From Tepidisphaera sp. (lineage in GTDB: Bacteria; Planctomycetota; Phycisphaerae; Phycisphaerales; UBA1924), in the NCBI GenBank assembly GCA_050916045.1, contig CP051526.1, positions 3,392,001 through 3,456,000 of the forward strand: a stretch of 64,000 bases of DNA, read 5' to 3'. The translations under genes were made by a program, and so were the position numbers. Below are positions 27,230 to 36,033 of the stretch, piece by piece (position 1 is the first letter of the stretch; each line of letters starts with the position of its first letter). The notes beneath the pieces are model-generated. The model made no database searches. It had not been told where the DNA came from and worked only from the letters and a program-made list of their open reading frames with translations.

Positions 27230-27961
27230 TCACCGCGCCCGCACATTCCCAAGCCCGCCATCCACCCCGATCGTCTGACCCGTCACCCAGCCGCTTTCCG
27301 GCGACAGAAGCCACACAATCGCCGACGCGATGTCCGGCGGCTCGCCGATCCGGCCCAGCGGGTGCATCGCCACCGACACCTTGAGGCTGGCTTCGTTCCC
27401 CGTGATTCGTTCCGTCAGCGGAGTCCGCGTCAACCCCGGAGCCACCACGTTCACGCGGATCCCGCGAGCCGCGTAGCTTGCCGCCGCCGACCGCGCAAGC
27501 CCCTCCACCGCCGCTTTCGTGGCCGCCACGGCCTCGTGGCTCGCAAGCCCGACCTTCGCCGCCACGCTCGACATCAGCACGATCGACCCGCCTGTGTTCA
27601 TCATCGCCTTGCTCGCCCCGCGAACGACATTGAAAGCCGTCGTCAGGTTCTGAGCGATCTGCTCATTCAGCTCCGCCGGGCTCGTCAGGTGCGCCGGCTT
27701 GAGCAGAAACGCCCCCGCCAGGTTCGCCACGCCCGTGATCGGAGCCGAGGCCGCGACCGATTCAAGCATCGCCGAGACCGCTTCCGCGTTCGTCGCGTCA
27801 AGCTCTCGGACCTCCACCGCGGCCGGAAGCTCGGCTTTGAGCGCCAGAAGCGGTTCCGCCCGGCGGCCGCACGCCACCACCGTGCCGCCCGCGGCCACGA
27901 TCCGCCGGCAAACCTCTCGACCGATCCCGCCACCCGCTCCCACGACGACGACTCTTTGCAT
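27230..27961 (-). CDS. SDR family oxidoreductase
   Basis: VVGAGGGIG Rossmann motif, RVNVVAPG, WVTGQTIGVDGG. Confidence 0.9.
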   Translation of the reverse strand: MQRVVVVGAGGGIGREVCRRIVAAGGTVVACGRRAEPLLALKAELPAAVEVRELDATNAEAVSAMLESVAASAPITGVANLAGAFLLKPAHLTSPAELNEQIAQNLTTAFNVVRGASKAMMNTGGSIVLMSSVAAKVGLASHEAVAATKAAVEGLARSAAASYAARGIRVNVVAPGLTRTPLTERITGNEASLKVSVAMHPLGRIGEPPDIASAIVWLLSPESGWVTGQTIGVDGGLGNVRAR

Positions 27962-28093
27962 ACCCGATGGTTCGCTCGCGGACCCCCTTTGGATGCTCGG
28001 AACGAACACCCCGACGCTCCGCCCGGCCAAAGAAGCTCAGGACCCTTACCGTGACGTCCGAAAGGAGTCTCCGGCCCCGCCGAAAGCCCGCTC

Positions 28094-28834
28094 ATGACCC
28101 ACGATCGGACATTCAGCCTCGATGCGCTCCGCAACGATGACGGCCGGACCGTGCACGACGCTTGCGTGATCCTGCGCGTGCTCGTCGGGTCTCGCGCCTA
28201 CGGCCTCGCCCGCGAAGACTCCGACGCCGACCTTCGCGGCGTCTACATCCCCTCCGCTTCCGCCCACTGGTCGCTCACCAAGCCTCCGGAGCAATTCGAG
28301 AGCGATGAAGCCCAGACCGTCATCTGGGAGGTCGAGAAGTTCCTCGCCCTCGCCCTCAAGGGCAACCCCGCCATTCTCGAGACCCTGTGGTCGCCCGTTG
28401 TCCTCTTCGCGTCGGACCTGGGCCGGGACCTGCTCGAGCTTCGCTCCCAGGTCCTCTCCAAAGCCGTCTACCGCTCGTTCCTCGGCTACGCCGAAGCCCA
28501 GTTCATCGGGATGTCCCGCGCGATGGACCGAACCGGCGCGGTCAAGTGGCGGCACGCGATGCACATGATCCGCTTGTTGATCGCCGGGGAGGAACTCGTC
28601 CGCACCGGCTCGCTCGTGCTTGACGCATCGCCGCACCGGGAACGCCTCCTCCGCGTTCGAGACGGCGTGGAGCCTTGGTCCGCGATCCTCGCGTGGAAGA
28701 CCGAGCTTTCCGCCGCCCTCGACCGGTCGTTCCAGACGACGCCGCTCCCGGAATCACCGGACACCGCCGCTGCGAACGCGTTCCTCACCAAAGCACGCCG
28801 CACGATGGCACGACGGGAGAACACGCATGAGTAA
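28094..28834 (+). CDS. RlaP/YcgL-family (Pol-beta superfamily) nucleotidyltransferase, copy 1
   Basis: VGSRAYGL..DSDADLRGVY, KFL.LALKGNP.ILE.LWSP, KWRHAMHMIRLL. Confidence 0.88.
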   Translation: MTHDRTFSLDALRNDDGRTVHDACVILRVLVGSRAYGLAREDSDADLRGVYIPSASAHWSLTKPPEQFESDEAQTVIWEVEKFLALALKGNPAILETLWSPVVLFASDLGRDLLELRSQVLSKAVYRSFLGYAEAQFIGMSRAMDRTGAVKWRHAMHMIRLLIAGEELVRTGSLVLDASPHRERLLRVRDGVEPWSAILAWKTELSAALDRSFQTTPLPESPDTAAANAFLTKARRTMARRENTHE

Positions 28835-29600
28835 CCTCGTCCCCCGCATGGACCTCTGCAAGCGGATCGCCGCTCGCCTCGACTGCCCTTCGGTCTTCGT
28901 CACCATCAGCGGAGCCCACCTGTACGGCTTTCCTTCGCCGGACTCGGATTACGACATCCGCGGCAGCCATGTGCTCCCGACGCGCGAACTGCTGACGCTC
29001 GATGAGCCGCGAGAAACGCTGACCTACGAAAGCGTCGAGGAGGGCGTCGAGATCGACCACGTCTCGCACGACATCCGCAAGTTCTGCTCGATGCTCCTCA
29101 AACGCAACGGGTACGTGCTCGAACAGCTCACCAGCCCGCTCATCGTCCAGACCAGCGAGTTTCACCGCGAATTGCTGTCGCTCGTCCCGCGGATGGTGAC
29201 CAAGCACCACGTCCACCACTACCTCGGCTTCGTCCAGACACAGCGAGGCCTCTTCGCGAAGGAAGACCCGCCTCGGATCAAGCCGCTTCTCTACATCTAC
29301 CGCGTGCTCCTCACCGGCGTCCATCTCATGCGGACCGGCGAGACGCAAGCCAGCCTCGTGACGCTCCATGATCTGTACGGACGCGAACTCGACATGCCAT
29401 ACGTGCCCGACCTCATCGCGCGAAAGGTCGGCAGCAAGGAACAAGCCGTCGTCTCGGCTGATGAACGTGCGTTCCACGATCGGGAGCACGACCGCCTCGA
29501 AACCGCACTCAAGCAAGCGGGCGAACTCACGCGGCTTCCGGACATGCCCAGTTGCCGGCCGGAGATCAACGACCTGCTCGTGCGCGTCCGCGGGCTGTAA
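28827..29600 (+). CDS. RlaP/YcgL-family nucleotidyltransferase, copy 2
   Basis: SGAHLYGFPSPDSDYDIRGSH, KRNGYVLEQL.SPL, KPLLYIYRVLLTG.HL. The start overlaps the stop of copy 1. Confidence 0.88.
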   Translation: MSNLVPRMDLCKRIAARLDCPSVFVTISGAHLYGFPSPDSDYDIRGSHVLPTRELLTLDEPRETLTYESVEEGVEIDHVSHDIRKFCSMLLKRNGYVLEQLTSPLIVQTSEFHRELLSLVPRMVTKHHVHHYLGFVQTQRGLFAKEDPPRIKPLLYIYRVLLTGVHLMRTGETQASLVTLHDLYGRELDMPYVPDLIARKVGSKEQAVVSADERAFHDREHDRLETALKQAGELTRLPDMPSCRPEINDLLVRVRGL

Positions 29601-29619
29601 TCATCCGAACGGCCCAGGC

Positions 29620-30471
29620 TCAGAGCTTGGCAAGCTCACGCCCGCGATCCCGGGCCGCGACAATTGCCTTTAACAGCGATTCGATCACCTTCGCATCGTC
29701 GAGAACCGCCGTCGCCGCCGCCGTCGTGCCCCCCTTGCTCGTGACAGCCGCTCGCATCGCTTCCGCGGGCCGCTGATCCTCGCGGAGCATCATCCCCGAG
29801 CCGAAGACCGTCGCGCGGACCATCGCTTCGGCCGCCTGCCGGTCAAACCCGAGCTCGACCGCCGCTTTCGTCATGGCTTCCGCGAGATAGAAGACGTACG
29901 CCGGACCCGAGCCGGCGACGGCCGTGAAAGCGTCCATCAAGTCCTCCTTGATGCGCACAACCGTGGGCCCGACGCCGCGGAAAAGGTCAAGGGCGAAGTC
30001 CTCATCCCCCGCGTGCGCACCGGCCGACACGCAGATCGCCGTGCACCCCTGCCGCACCGCCGCCGGCAGGTTCGGCATCGCCCGGATGACACGCGCGCCC
30101 GGGCCCAAGGCCGCACGGATCTTGGCCCCGGGCGTCCCCGCCAGCACGCTGATCACCACGCGGGAGTGCTCGTCGAAAAAGCCCCGGATCTCCTTCGTGA
30201 CCTCTGCGAGCGACTGCGGCTTGACCGCAAGCACCAGCGGCGAGGGTTCGCCACCGCGCTGCGCCTCCTGCTTGACGAGCCATTCCATCGCCTCCCGAGG
30301 GGACTCGCACGTCGGAGCGTCGATCCGCTCGCGGGCGAGCTGGTCGCGTTCAGCCACCATGAACCGGTCGTGGTCGCCCACGGCCAAAGCCCCGGCCGCG
30401 ATGGCACGTCCCATATTCCCGCCGCCGATCATGGCCCAGACCGTTCCCCGGGTTGGCAGATGTGCTGACAT
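29620..30471 (-). CDS. proC: Pyrroline-5-carboxylate reductase
   Basis: IGGGNMG, LAVKPQ, RAMPN, GSGPAYVF, VTSKGGTT. Confidence 0.95.
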   Translation of the reverse strand: MSAHLPTRGTVWAMIGGGNMGRAIAAGALAVGDHDRFMVAERDQLARERIDAPTCESPREAMEWLVKQEAQRGGEPSPLVLAVKPQSLAEVTKEIRGFFDEHSRVVISVLAGTPGAKIRAALGPGARVIRAMPNLPAAVRQGCTAICVSAGAHAGDEDFALDLFRGVGPTVVRIKEDLMDAFTAVAGSGPAYVFYLAEAMTKAAVELGFDRQAAEAMVRATVFGSGMMLREDQRPAEAMRAAVTSKGGTTAAATAVLDDAKVIESLLKAIVAARDRGRELAKL

Positions 30472-30593
30472 GCCCAAGGCTAGGGGCGGGCAGGAGCCCA
30501 TCCGCGATCCCAGGCCCGAGCCGCTTGGTGCGATAGAATCACGATCAAGCCCTCAGGAGAACCCGCGGCCGACCGTTCCCGCCGCGACAGACC

Positions 30594-31613
30594 ATGGCCA
30601 CCTTCTATCAGCTCGACTTTGAAAAGCCGCTCGCCACCCTCGAACAGCAGATCGAGGAAGCCAAGGCCGGACTCCCCGGCGACGCCGAGCCCTCGCCGCA
30701 GTTGAAAGCTCTCCGGCAGCAGCACTCGGACCTGCTCAAGAAGCTCTACACCGACCTCTCCGCGTGGAACACCGTCCGCGTCGCTCGCCACCCCCTCCGC
30801 CCGCAGACCCGCGACTACATCGGCATGATGTGCCGCGACTTTTCCGAGCTTCACGGCGACCGCCGGTTCGGGGACGACCCCGCGATCGTGTCGGGGTTCG
30901 CCCGCGTCGGACACGTCAAGTGCATGCTGATCGGCCACCAGAAGGGGAAGGAAACCGCCGAGAAGATCGCGTGCCACTTCGGCTGTGCGCACCCCGAGGG
31001 CTATCGCAAAGCCCTCAAGAACATGAAACTGGCCGAGAAAATGGGCTTGCCCGTCGTGACGCTCGTCGACACGCAGGGCGCCTATCCCGGCTTGGGAGCC
31101 GAACAGCGAGGGCAGGCCCAGGCGATCGCCGAGAACCTGATGGAGATGAGCCGCCTCCGCGTGCCCATCGTGAGCGTCATCATCGGTGAGGGCGGGTCCG
31201 GCGGTGCGCTCGGCATCGCCGTCGCCGATCGCGTCGGCATGATGCAGTACGCCTGGTACAGCGTCATCAGCCCCGAAGGGTGCGCGGCCATCCTGTGGAA
31301 GGAAGCCAACGAGCAGACCAACACCGCCGCCGCGCGTGCGCTCAAGCTCACCGCTGCGGACAACAAGGAACTCGGTGTCGTCGACGAGGTGGTCCTTGAA
31401 CCGGTGGGCGGCGCCCATCGCAACCCGCAGCAGGCCGCGAGCAACCTTCAGTCGTGGATCCTCACCCAGCTTCAGGCCCTCAAGAACGTTCCGGTGGACG
31501 AGCTTCTCGCCCGCCGGTACGACCGCTTCCGGAACCTCGGACAGGTGCTTGAGGGCTCGCCGGTCGTGACCACCCCCCCGGCCGCTTCCTCGTCGGCCGC
31601 CAGCCGCGTTTGA
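30594..31613 (+). CDS. accA: Acetyl-CoA carboxylase carboxyltransferase subunit alpha
   Basis: LDFEKP, ARHPLRP, ELHGDR, PEGYRKA, GEGGSGGA, YSVISPEGCAAILW. Confidence 0.97.
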   Translation: MATFYQLDFEKPLATLEQQIEEAKAGLPGDAEPSPQLKALRQQHSDLLKKLYTDLSAWNTVRVARHPLRPQTRDYIGMMCRDFSELHGDRRFGDDPAIVSGFARVGHVKCMLIGHQKGKETAEKIACHFGCAHPEGYRKALKNMKLAEKMGLPVVTLVDTQGAYPGLGAEQRGQAQAIAENLMEMSRLRVPIVSVIIGEGGSGGALGIAVADRVGMMQYAWYSVISPEGCAAILWKEANEQTNTAAARALKLTAADNKELGVVDEVVLEPVGGAHRNPQQAASNLQSWILTQLQALKNVPVDELLARRYDRFRNLGQVLEGSPVVTTPPAASSSAASRV

Positions 31614-31771
31614 CGCGGTACCCCCCCGTCCCTACTCTTCGCACCCGAAGGAAGACCCCGCTCTGGGCCGGTCTTGTCTTGGGGTGACCGGCTTCGTTTG
31701 CAATCGTTCTGCCTTTTGGACGGAGTGTCCATCCAAAGACCGACTCTCGTCCGAACACGAGCGAGGGGACC

Positions 31772-32794
31772 GTGGCGAAGAAGACCTCAACAGCCAAACC
31801 CAAGTCCAAGGCCGCCAGCAAGGGCGCGCCGAAGGTGTCCAAGCCGGCTGCAAAGCCCGCGAAGAAGCCTGCTCCCAAGCCAATCGCCAAAAAGCCCGAC
31901 GCCAAGTCGGCTCCGGCGAAGAAGGCGGAAGCCAAAAAGCCGGACGTCAAAAAGCCGGAAGCCAAGAAGCCCGAAGCGAAGAAGCCTGACGTCAAGAAAG
32001 TCGACGTCAAGAAGCCCGCTCCCGCGGCCAAGCCCGAAGCCAAAAAAGCAGAAATCAAGAAGCCCGAAGCCAAGAAGCCTGAGGCAAAAAAGCCTGAGGC
32101 AAAAAAGCCCGAGGTCAAACCGGCCGCCAAGCCCGTGGTCAAGCCCGGGACCAAAGCCGAGGCTGAGACCCCCGCCGCGCCGCCCGCCGACGACAAAGCC
32201 GCTTCCGCTCGCAAGGGCATCACCATCGTCCCCAGCAAGCCGCTGAAGAAGCCCAAGCCGAAAGCTCCTTCGACCGACATCTCCGCCCTCGCCGGCTCGC
32301 TCCTTTCTTCCGGCTTTGCTCGCAAGCCGCTGATCGCGTCGGGGCCCAACGCTCCCGCGCTCAAGCCGCTTGGCGTTCAGGGCGTCGAAGAAGTCCAGGC
32401 CAAGGTCGCCGGCAAGTCGCCCTTCGGCAAAAAGGAACTCGAGCACTTCCGGGCCATCCTCCTCCGCAAGCGCGCCGAACTGCTCGGCGATGTCTCGCAC
32501 CTTGAAGAGGAAGCTCTCCGCGGCGAAAGCGGTGCGCTCTCCAACATGCCGCAGCACATGGCCGAGCAGGGCAGCGAGACGTACGAACAGTCACTGCACC
32601 TGGACCTCGCCGCCGCGGGTTCCAAGCTCATCAAGGAAATCGACGACGCCATCCGTCGCATCGATGCCGGCACCTTCGGCATCTGCGAACTGACCGGCAA
32701 GCCCATCCGCGTCGAGCGTCTCGAAGAGCTCCCGTGGGCCAGGCACTCCATCGAGGCGGCCCGCGAACTCGAGCGCCGGTCGATGCGCACGTGA
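31772..32794 (+). CDS. DksA/TraR family protein with long Lys/Ala/Pro-rich histone-H1-like N-terminus
   Basis: KKPEA/KKPDV repeats, then a coiled coil and EIDDAIRRIDAGTFGICELTGKPIRVERLEELPWAR. Confidence 0.85.
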   Translation: MAKKTSTAKPKSKAASKGAPKVSKPAAKPAKKPAPKPIAKKPDAKSAPAKKAEAKKPDVKKPEAKKPEAKKPDVKKVDVKKPAPAAKPEAKKAEIKKPEAKKPEAKKPEAKKPEVKPAAKPVVKPGTKAEAETPAAPPADDKAASARKGITIVPSKPLKKPKPKAPSTDISALAGSLLSSGFARKPLIASGPNAPALKPLGVQGVEEVQAKVAGKSPFGKKELEHFRAILLRKRAELLGDVSHLEEEALRGESGALSNMPQHMAEQGSETYEQSLHLDLAAAGSKLIKEIDDAIRRIDAGTFGICELTGKPIRVERLEELPWARHSIEAARELERRSMRT

Positions 32795-33516
32795 CCGCGA
32801 CCACGGACCCATCCATGACCCAGAATCAAGCGGCCCCGGATGCGCCCGAGCCCGCAAGCGGTCTGCTCAGCAGCCCGACCTATCGAAGCCCGCGAGCCTG
32901 GGTCGTCCTCATTCTCGTCCTCGTGATTGGCCTGGCCGCGGACCTTGGGTCAAAGTACTGGGCCTTCAACACACTCGCCCCGTACCCGATCCAGATCGAC
33001 CGCGAAGCGGTGCTCGCCGGGCGGCACGACGCTCTCATCCCGTCCCACGAACCGACGGTGGTGCTCCCCAGCGTGCTTGAGTTCAAGCTTGTCCTGAACG
33101 TGGGCGCGGTCTTCGGCGCCGGCGCGGGCAAGCGTCCGCTCTTCATCGGCGTCACGATCTTCGCGGTGGTCTTCGGGCTCTTCCTTTTCGGCTGGTGGAC
33201 GAGCCCGCGGGATCGCTGGGCGCACGTCGGCATCGGGTTGCTCCTGGCCGGCGGATTGGGCAATCTGTACGACCGCGTGCTCTACGCGTGCGTGCGAGAC
33301 TTCATCCATCCGTTCCCGGGCGTGCGGCTTCCCTTCGGCTGGCGGTACCCGTCGAACGAGGACCAACTCTGGCCGTACGTCTCGAACGTCGCGGACAAGT
33401 GGCTCCTGATCGGCATCGCGATCCTCCTCGTTCACGCGTGGCGGATGGGCGGGCAGGAAGAGCGGATGCTGACCCAGCGTGCCCAAGCGGCGACGCCGCC
33501 GGCCGATCCCTCCTGA
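32791..33516 (+). CDS. lspA: Lipoprotein signal peptidase II
   Basis: ADLGSK, LNVGAVFG, GGLGNLYDR, VRDFI, NVAD. GTG overlaps the upstream TGA. Confidence 0.9.
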   Translation: MTATTDPSMTQNQAAPDAPEPASGLLSSPTYRSPRAWVVLILVLVIGLAADLGSKYWAFNTLAPYPIQIDREAVLAGRHDALIPSHEPTVVLPSVLEFKLVLNVGAVFGAGAGKRPLFIGVTIFAVVFGLFLFGWWTSPRDRWAHVGIGLLLAGGLGNLYDRVLYACVRDFIHPFPGVRLPFGWRYPSNEDQLWPYVSNVADKWLLIGIAILLVHAWRMGGQEERMLTQRAQAATPPADPS

Positions 33517-33531
33517 AGGAAATCACCGCAC

Positions 33532-34173
33532 GTGCCGACCGCTCCGACCATCAAAGCGTTCACGCTGGGGCCGTTCCAGACGAACTGCTACGTCGTCTCC
33601 GCGGGCACGCCGGACTGCTGGATCGTCGATGCGAGCTTCGGTCCCGGCGCAATGATCGACCACGTCCGTCGGGACAAGCTGATCCCGCGAGCGCTGCTCC
33701 TGACGCATGCGCACGTGGATCACATCGCGGGCGTCGCCGAGGTTCGCCGGGCGTTCCCGGAGATTCCCGTGCTCATTCACGCCGCCGAGCGGGATTGGCT
33801 GGGCGACCCTCTCCTGAACTTGTCGGCTCTGGGGGGTCAGAGCGTGACGGCTCCGGGACCCGACGGCTTTCTCGACGAGGGCGAGACGCGGACACTCGGC
33901 GACTCGTCGTGGCGGGTGCTTCACACGCCGGGCCATTCCCCCGGCGGGATCACGCTCTGCTGCGACGATGCAGGCGTCGCGATCGTCGGTGATTCGCTCT
34001 TCGCGGGGTCGATCGGCCGAACGGATTTCCCGGGGAGCGACCACGCGACCCTGATCGCCTCGATCAAATCCAAGCTTTACACGCTTCCGGGCGCGACGAA
34101 GGTCTACCCGGGTCACGGACCAACGACGACGATCTCCCGCGAAGCGACGAGCAACCCGTTCGTGCGAGGGTAA
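33532..34173 (+). CDS. MBL-fold metallo-hydrolase (glyoxalase II-like, YcbL type)
   Basis: THAHVDH, HTPGHSPG, GDSLFAGSIGRTD, PGHG. Confidence 0.92.
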   Translation: MPTAPTIKAFTLGPFQTNCYVVSAGTPDCWIVDASFGPGAMIDHVRRDKLIPRALLLTHAHVDHIAGVAEVRRAFPEIPVLIHAAERDWLGDPLLNLSALGGQSVTAPGPDGFLDEGETRTLGDSSWRVLHTPGHSPGGITLCCDDAGVAIVGDSLFAGSIGRTDFPGSDHATLIASIKSKLYTLPGATKVYPGHGPTTTISREATSNPFVRG

Positions 34174-34179
34174 AGCCGG

Positions 34180-34344
34180 TCAGAACCAACTCGCGATCAA
34201 AGCCCATGCGAGAAAGACGCCCAGGCCCAGAACCATCACCACGCACGTCCAGAACACGAAAGGCTTGTCGCGGCGCAGCTTCGCCCGGTACTCCCAGAGC
34301 TTGAACGGGAAAAGCCAACCGAAATCGGTTCCTGCTTCGGGCAC
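34180..34344 (-). CDS. Small single-pass membrane protein (54 aa), absent from the ORF track
   Basis: GGAGG RBS 5 nt before GTG. Reads MPEAGTDFGWLFPFKLWEYRAKLRRDKPFVFWTCVVMVLGLGVFLAWALIASWF*. Fills the gap directly after the DinB gene. Confidence 0.6.
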   Translation of the reverse strand: MPEAGTDFGWLFPFKLWEYRAKLRRDKPFVFWTCVVMVLGLGVFLAWALIASWF

Positions 34345-34359
34345 GACTTCCTCCGGTTG

Positions 34360-34899
34360 TCACATTGCGCTGGGCATGCCGTAGCAGCGGCGCCAGGTGC
34401 TGATCTGTCCGGCGTGCATCGCGACGTGGCTGGTGCACATGAACACGAGCGCCGCGCCGATGGTCGGGAAGAACTTGGTCCGGATGTTCTCGTCCGGGTG
34501 CGGCTGGGAGAGGACCGAGTCATCGACCTTGGCGAGGGTGTCAAAGAGGGTGTTGTACCCCTTCAGGAACGCGGCCATGATCTCGTCCTTTTTCGGATAG
34601 ATCCGGCCCTCGGGGTCGTCCTTGCAGTCAACGCCGGCTTTGAACAGGTCGGGCCAGTGCCCGGGCGTCGCGACGGAAGCCGCGTCGATGTTCAGGAAGC
34701 CGAGCATGCGGGCGGGATAGAGCGCGAGGTGGCCGAAAACAAACGCGGGGTGGTTGCAGTCGATGACCGTTTCCTTGCCGCTGTCGCGGAAGCGCGGCTT
34801 GCGGGCGAAGAGCTCGGGCTTGATGTCGGAAGCGACCTTCTCGGCGTAACCGACACCGCGGCGACCGGCGAGGATGATCTGATCGATGGCGTGGCCCAT
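34360..34899 (-). CDS. DinB/YfiT family protein
   Basis: NHPAFVFGHL and H..MHAGQISTWRR..G metal-binding His pattern. Confidence 0.85.
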   Translation of the reverse strand: MGHAIDQIILAGRRGVGYAEKVASDIKPELFARKPRFRDSGKETVIDCNHPAFVFGHLALYPARMLGFLNIDAASVATPGHWPDLFKAGVDCKDDPEGRIYPKKDEIMAAFLKGYNTLFDTLAKVDDSVLSQPHPDENIRTKFFPTIGAALVFMCTSHVAMHAGQISTWRRCYGMPSAM

Positions 34900-34923
34900 G
34901 TGTGTGTTCCCTTTGCGGCGGAG

Positions 34924-36033
34924 TTAGGCTCCGACGTATCGATCGTAGATGCTTCGGGCTCGCTCGGGGTTACGGACGCCGCGAACCACGGCTCGCCCGT
35001 CAGGAAAGACGCCAAGGTGAACGGGCCCGCCGTCGTCGGCTCGCTCGAGGGCGAGCGCTGCTCGAACCATGAACCGCGACCGCGTCACCCCGCCGGCGGC
35101 GGCGTGAGGCTCAAGCCTTGACGCAAGCAGCGCGAGATTGACGATTTCCGGCGTGTCGTCGTCTTCACCGCGCTCCGCCGAAGCGTGGCTTGGGAAGATC
35201 TGGACCGAGTTCTGACCGCAAAGCCAGACCGCCCGCGTACCGAGTTTGGACGAGAGATACTCGAACCGACGCTCACCACAGCAGGGGCACGCCGAATCGC
35301 GCGAAACGGCGAGCCGCTGCGAGGTTCCGGCCCAGAGGTCAAAGGCGCTAAGCAAGCCGGTGACCCGATCCGCGTGTCCGAGCATGATCAGCATCGCATC
35401 GCTTGCTTGCCCGGCCGTCACCGTCGCGACGGCGGGGCCGAGCACGCCGGCGGTATCGCAGGTGGGCTCGGTTCCTGGCGCCGGAGCGTCGGGAAAGACG
35501 CAGCGGAGGCACGCGCTGACGCTTGGCATGATTGCAAGCCGCGTACCTCGGGTTCCCACGACGCCGCCGTTCACGTACGGGACGCCGTGCTTGACCGCGA
35601 GATCATTGATCAGGTACCGCGTGTCGAAATTGTCGGTCCCCTCGATGAGCACCTCGCCGCCGTCGGTCCGCGGCGGGCCTTTGTCCCAGCCGAGGAGACG
35701 TTCGGCGGAGGAAGCGGAGAAGTCCGCCGCAAGGGCGCGAACGGTGACCGCTGAGTCGATCTCGGCGAGGCGTCGAGCCGCGGCTTCCACCTTCGGCGCG
35801 TCGAGGTCGCGTTCGGCGTACAAGCACTGGCGCTGAAGGTTGGTCGCTTCCACGATGTCGCGGTCGATCAGCGTGAGCTTTCCGACGCCGGCGCGGACGA
35901 GAAGCTCGGCGACGCCGCAGCCGAGCGCTCCGACGCCGACGATGATCGCGTGCGAGGAGGCGAGCTTGGCTTGGCCGGCTTCGCCGACGCCGGGCAGGAT
36001 CGCCTGACGGTGATGTCGTCCGCGAGCGGTCAT
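34924..36033 (-). CDS. ThiF/MoeB family adenylyltransferase
   Basis: VGVGALG, IDRD.VE.TNLQRQ, TDNFDTR, CLRC, CDTAGV, CPCC. Confidence 0.92.
   Translation of the reverse strand: MTARGRHHRQAILPGVGEAGQAKLASSHAIIVGVGALGCGVAELLVRAGVGKLTLIDRDIVEATNLQRQCLYAERDLDAPKVEAAARRLAEIDSAVTVRALAADFSASSAERLLGWDKGPPRTDGGEVLIEGTDNFDTRYLINDLAVKHGVPYVNGGVVGTRGTRLAIMPSVSACLRCVFPDAPAPGTEPTCDTAGVLGPAVATVTAGQASDAMLIMLGHADRVTGLLSAFDLWAGTSQRLAVSRDSACPCCGERRFEYLSSKLGTRAVWLCGQNSVQIFPSHASAERGEDDDTPEIVNLALLASRLEPHAAAGGVTRSRFMVRAALALERADDGGPVHLGVFPDGRAVVRGVRNPERARSIYDRYVGA

Noticed and set aside
30533..30594. Distant AGGAG plus hairpin before accA as a regulatory element
   Set aside because: A single weak stem in GC-rich DNA, not distinguishable from chance without conservation data.
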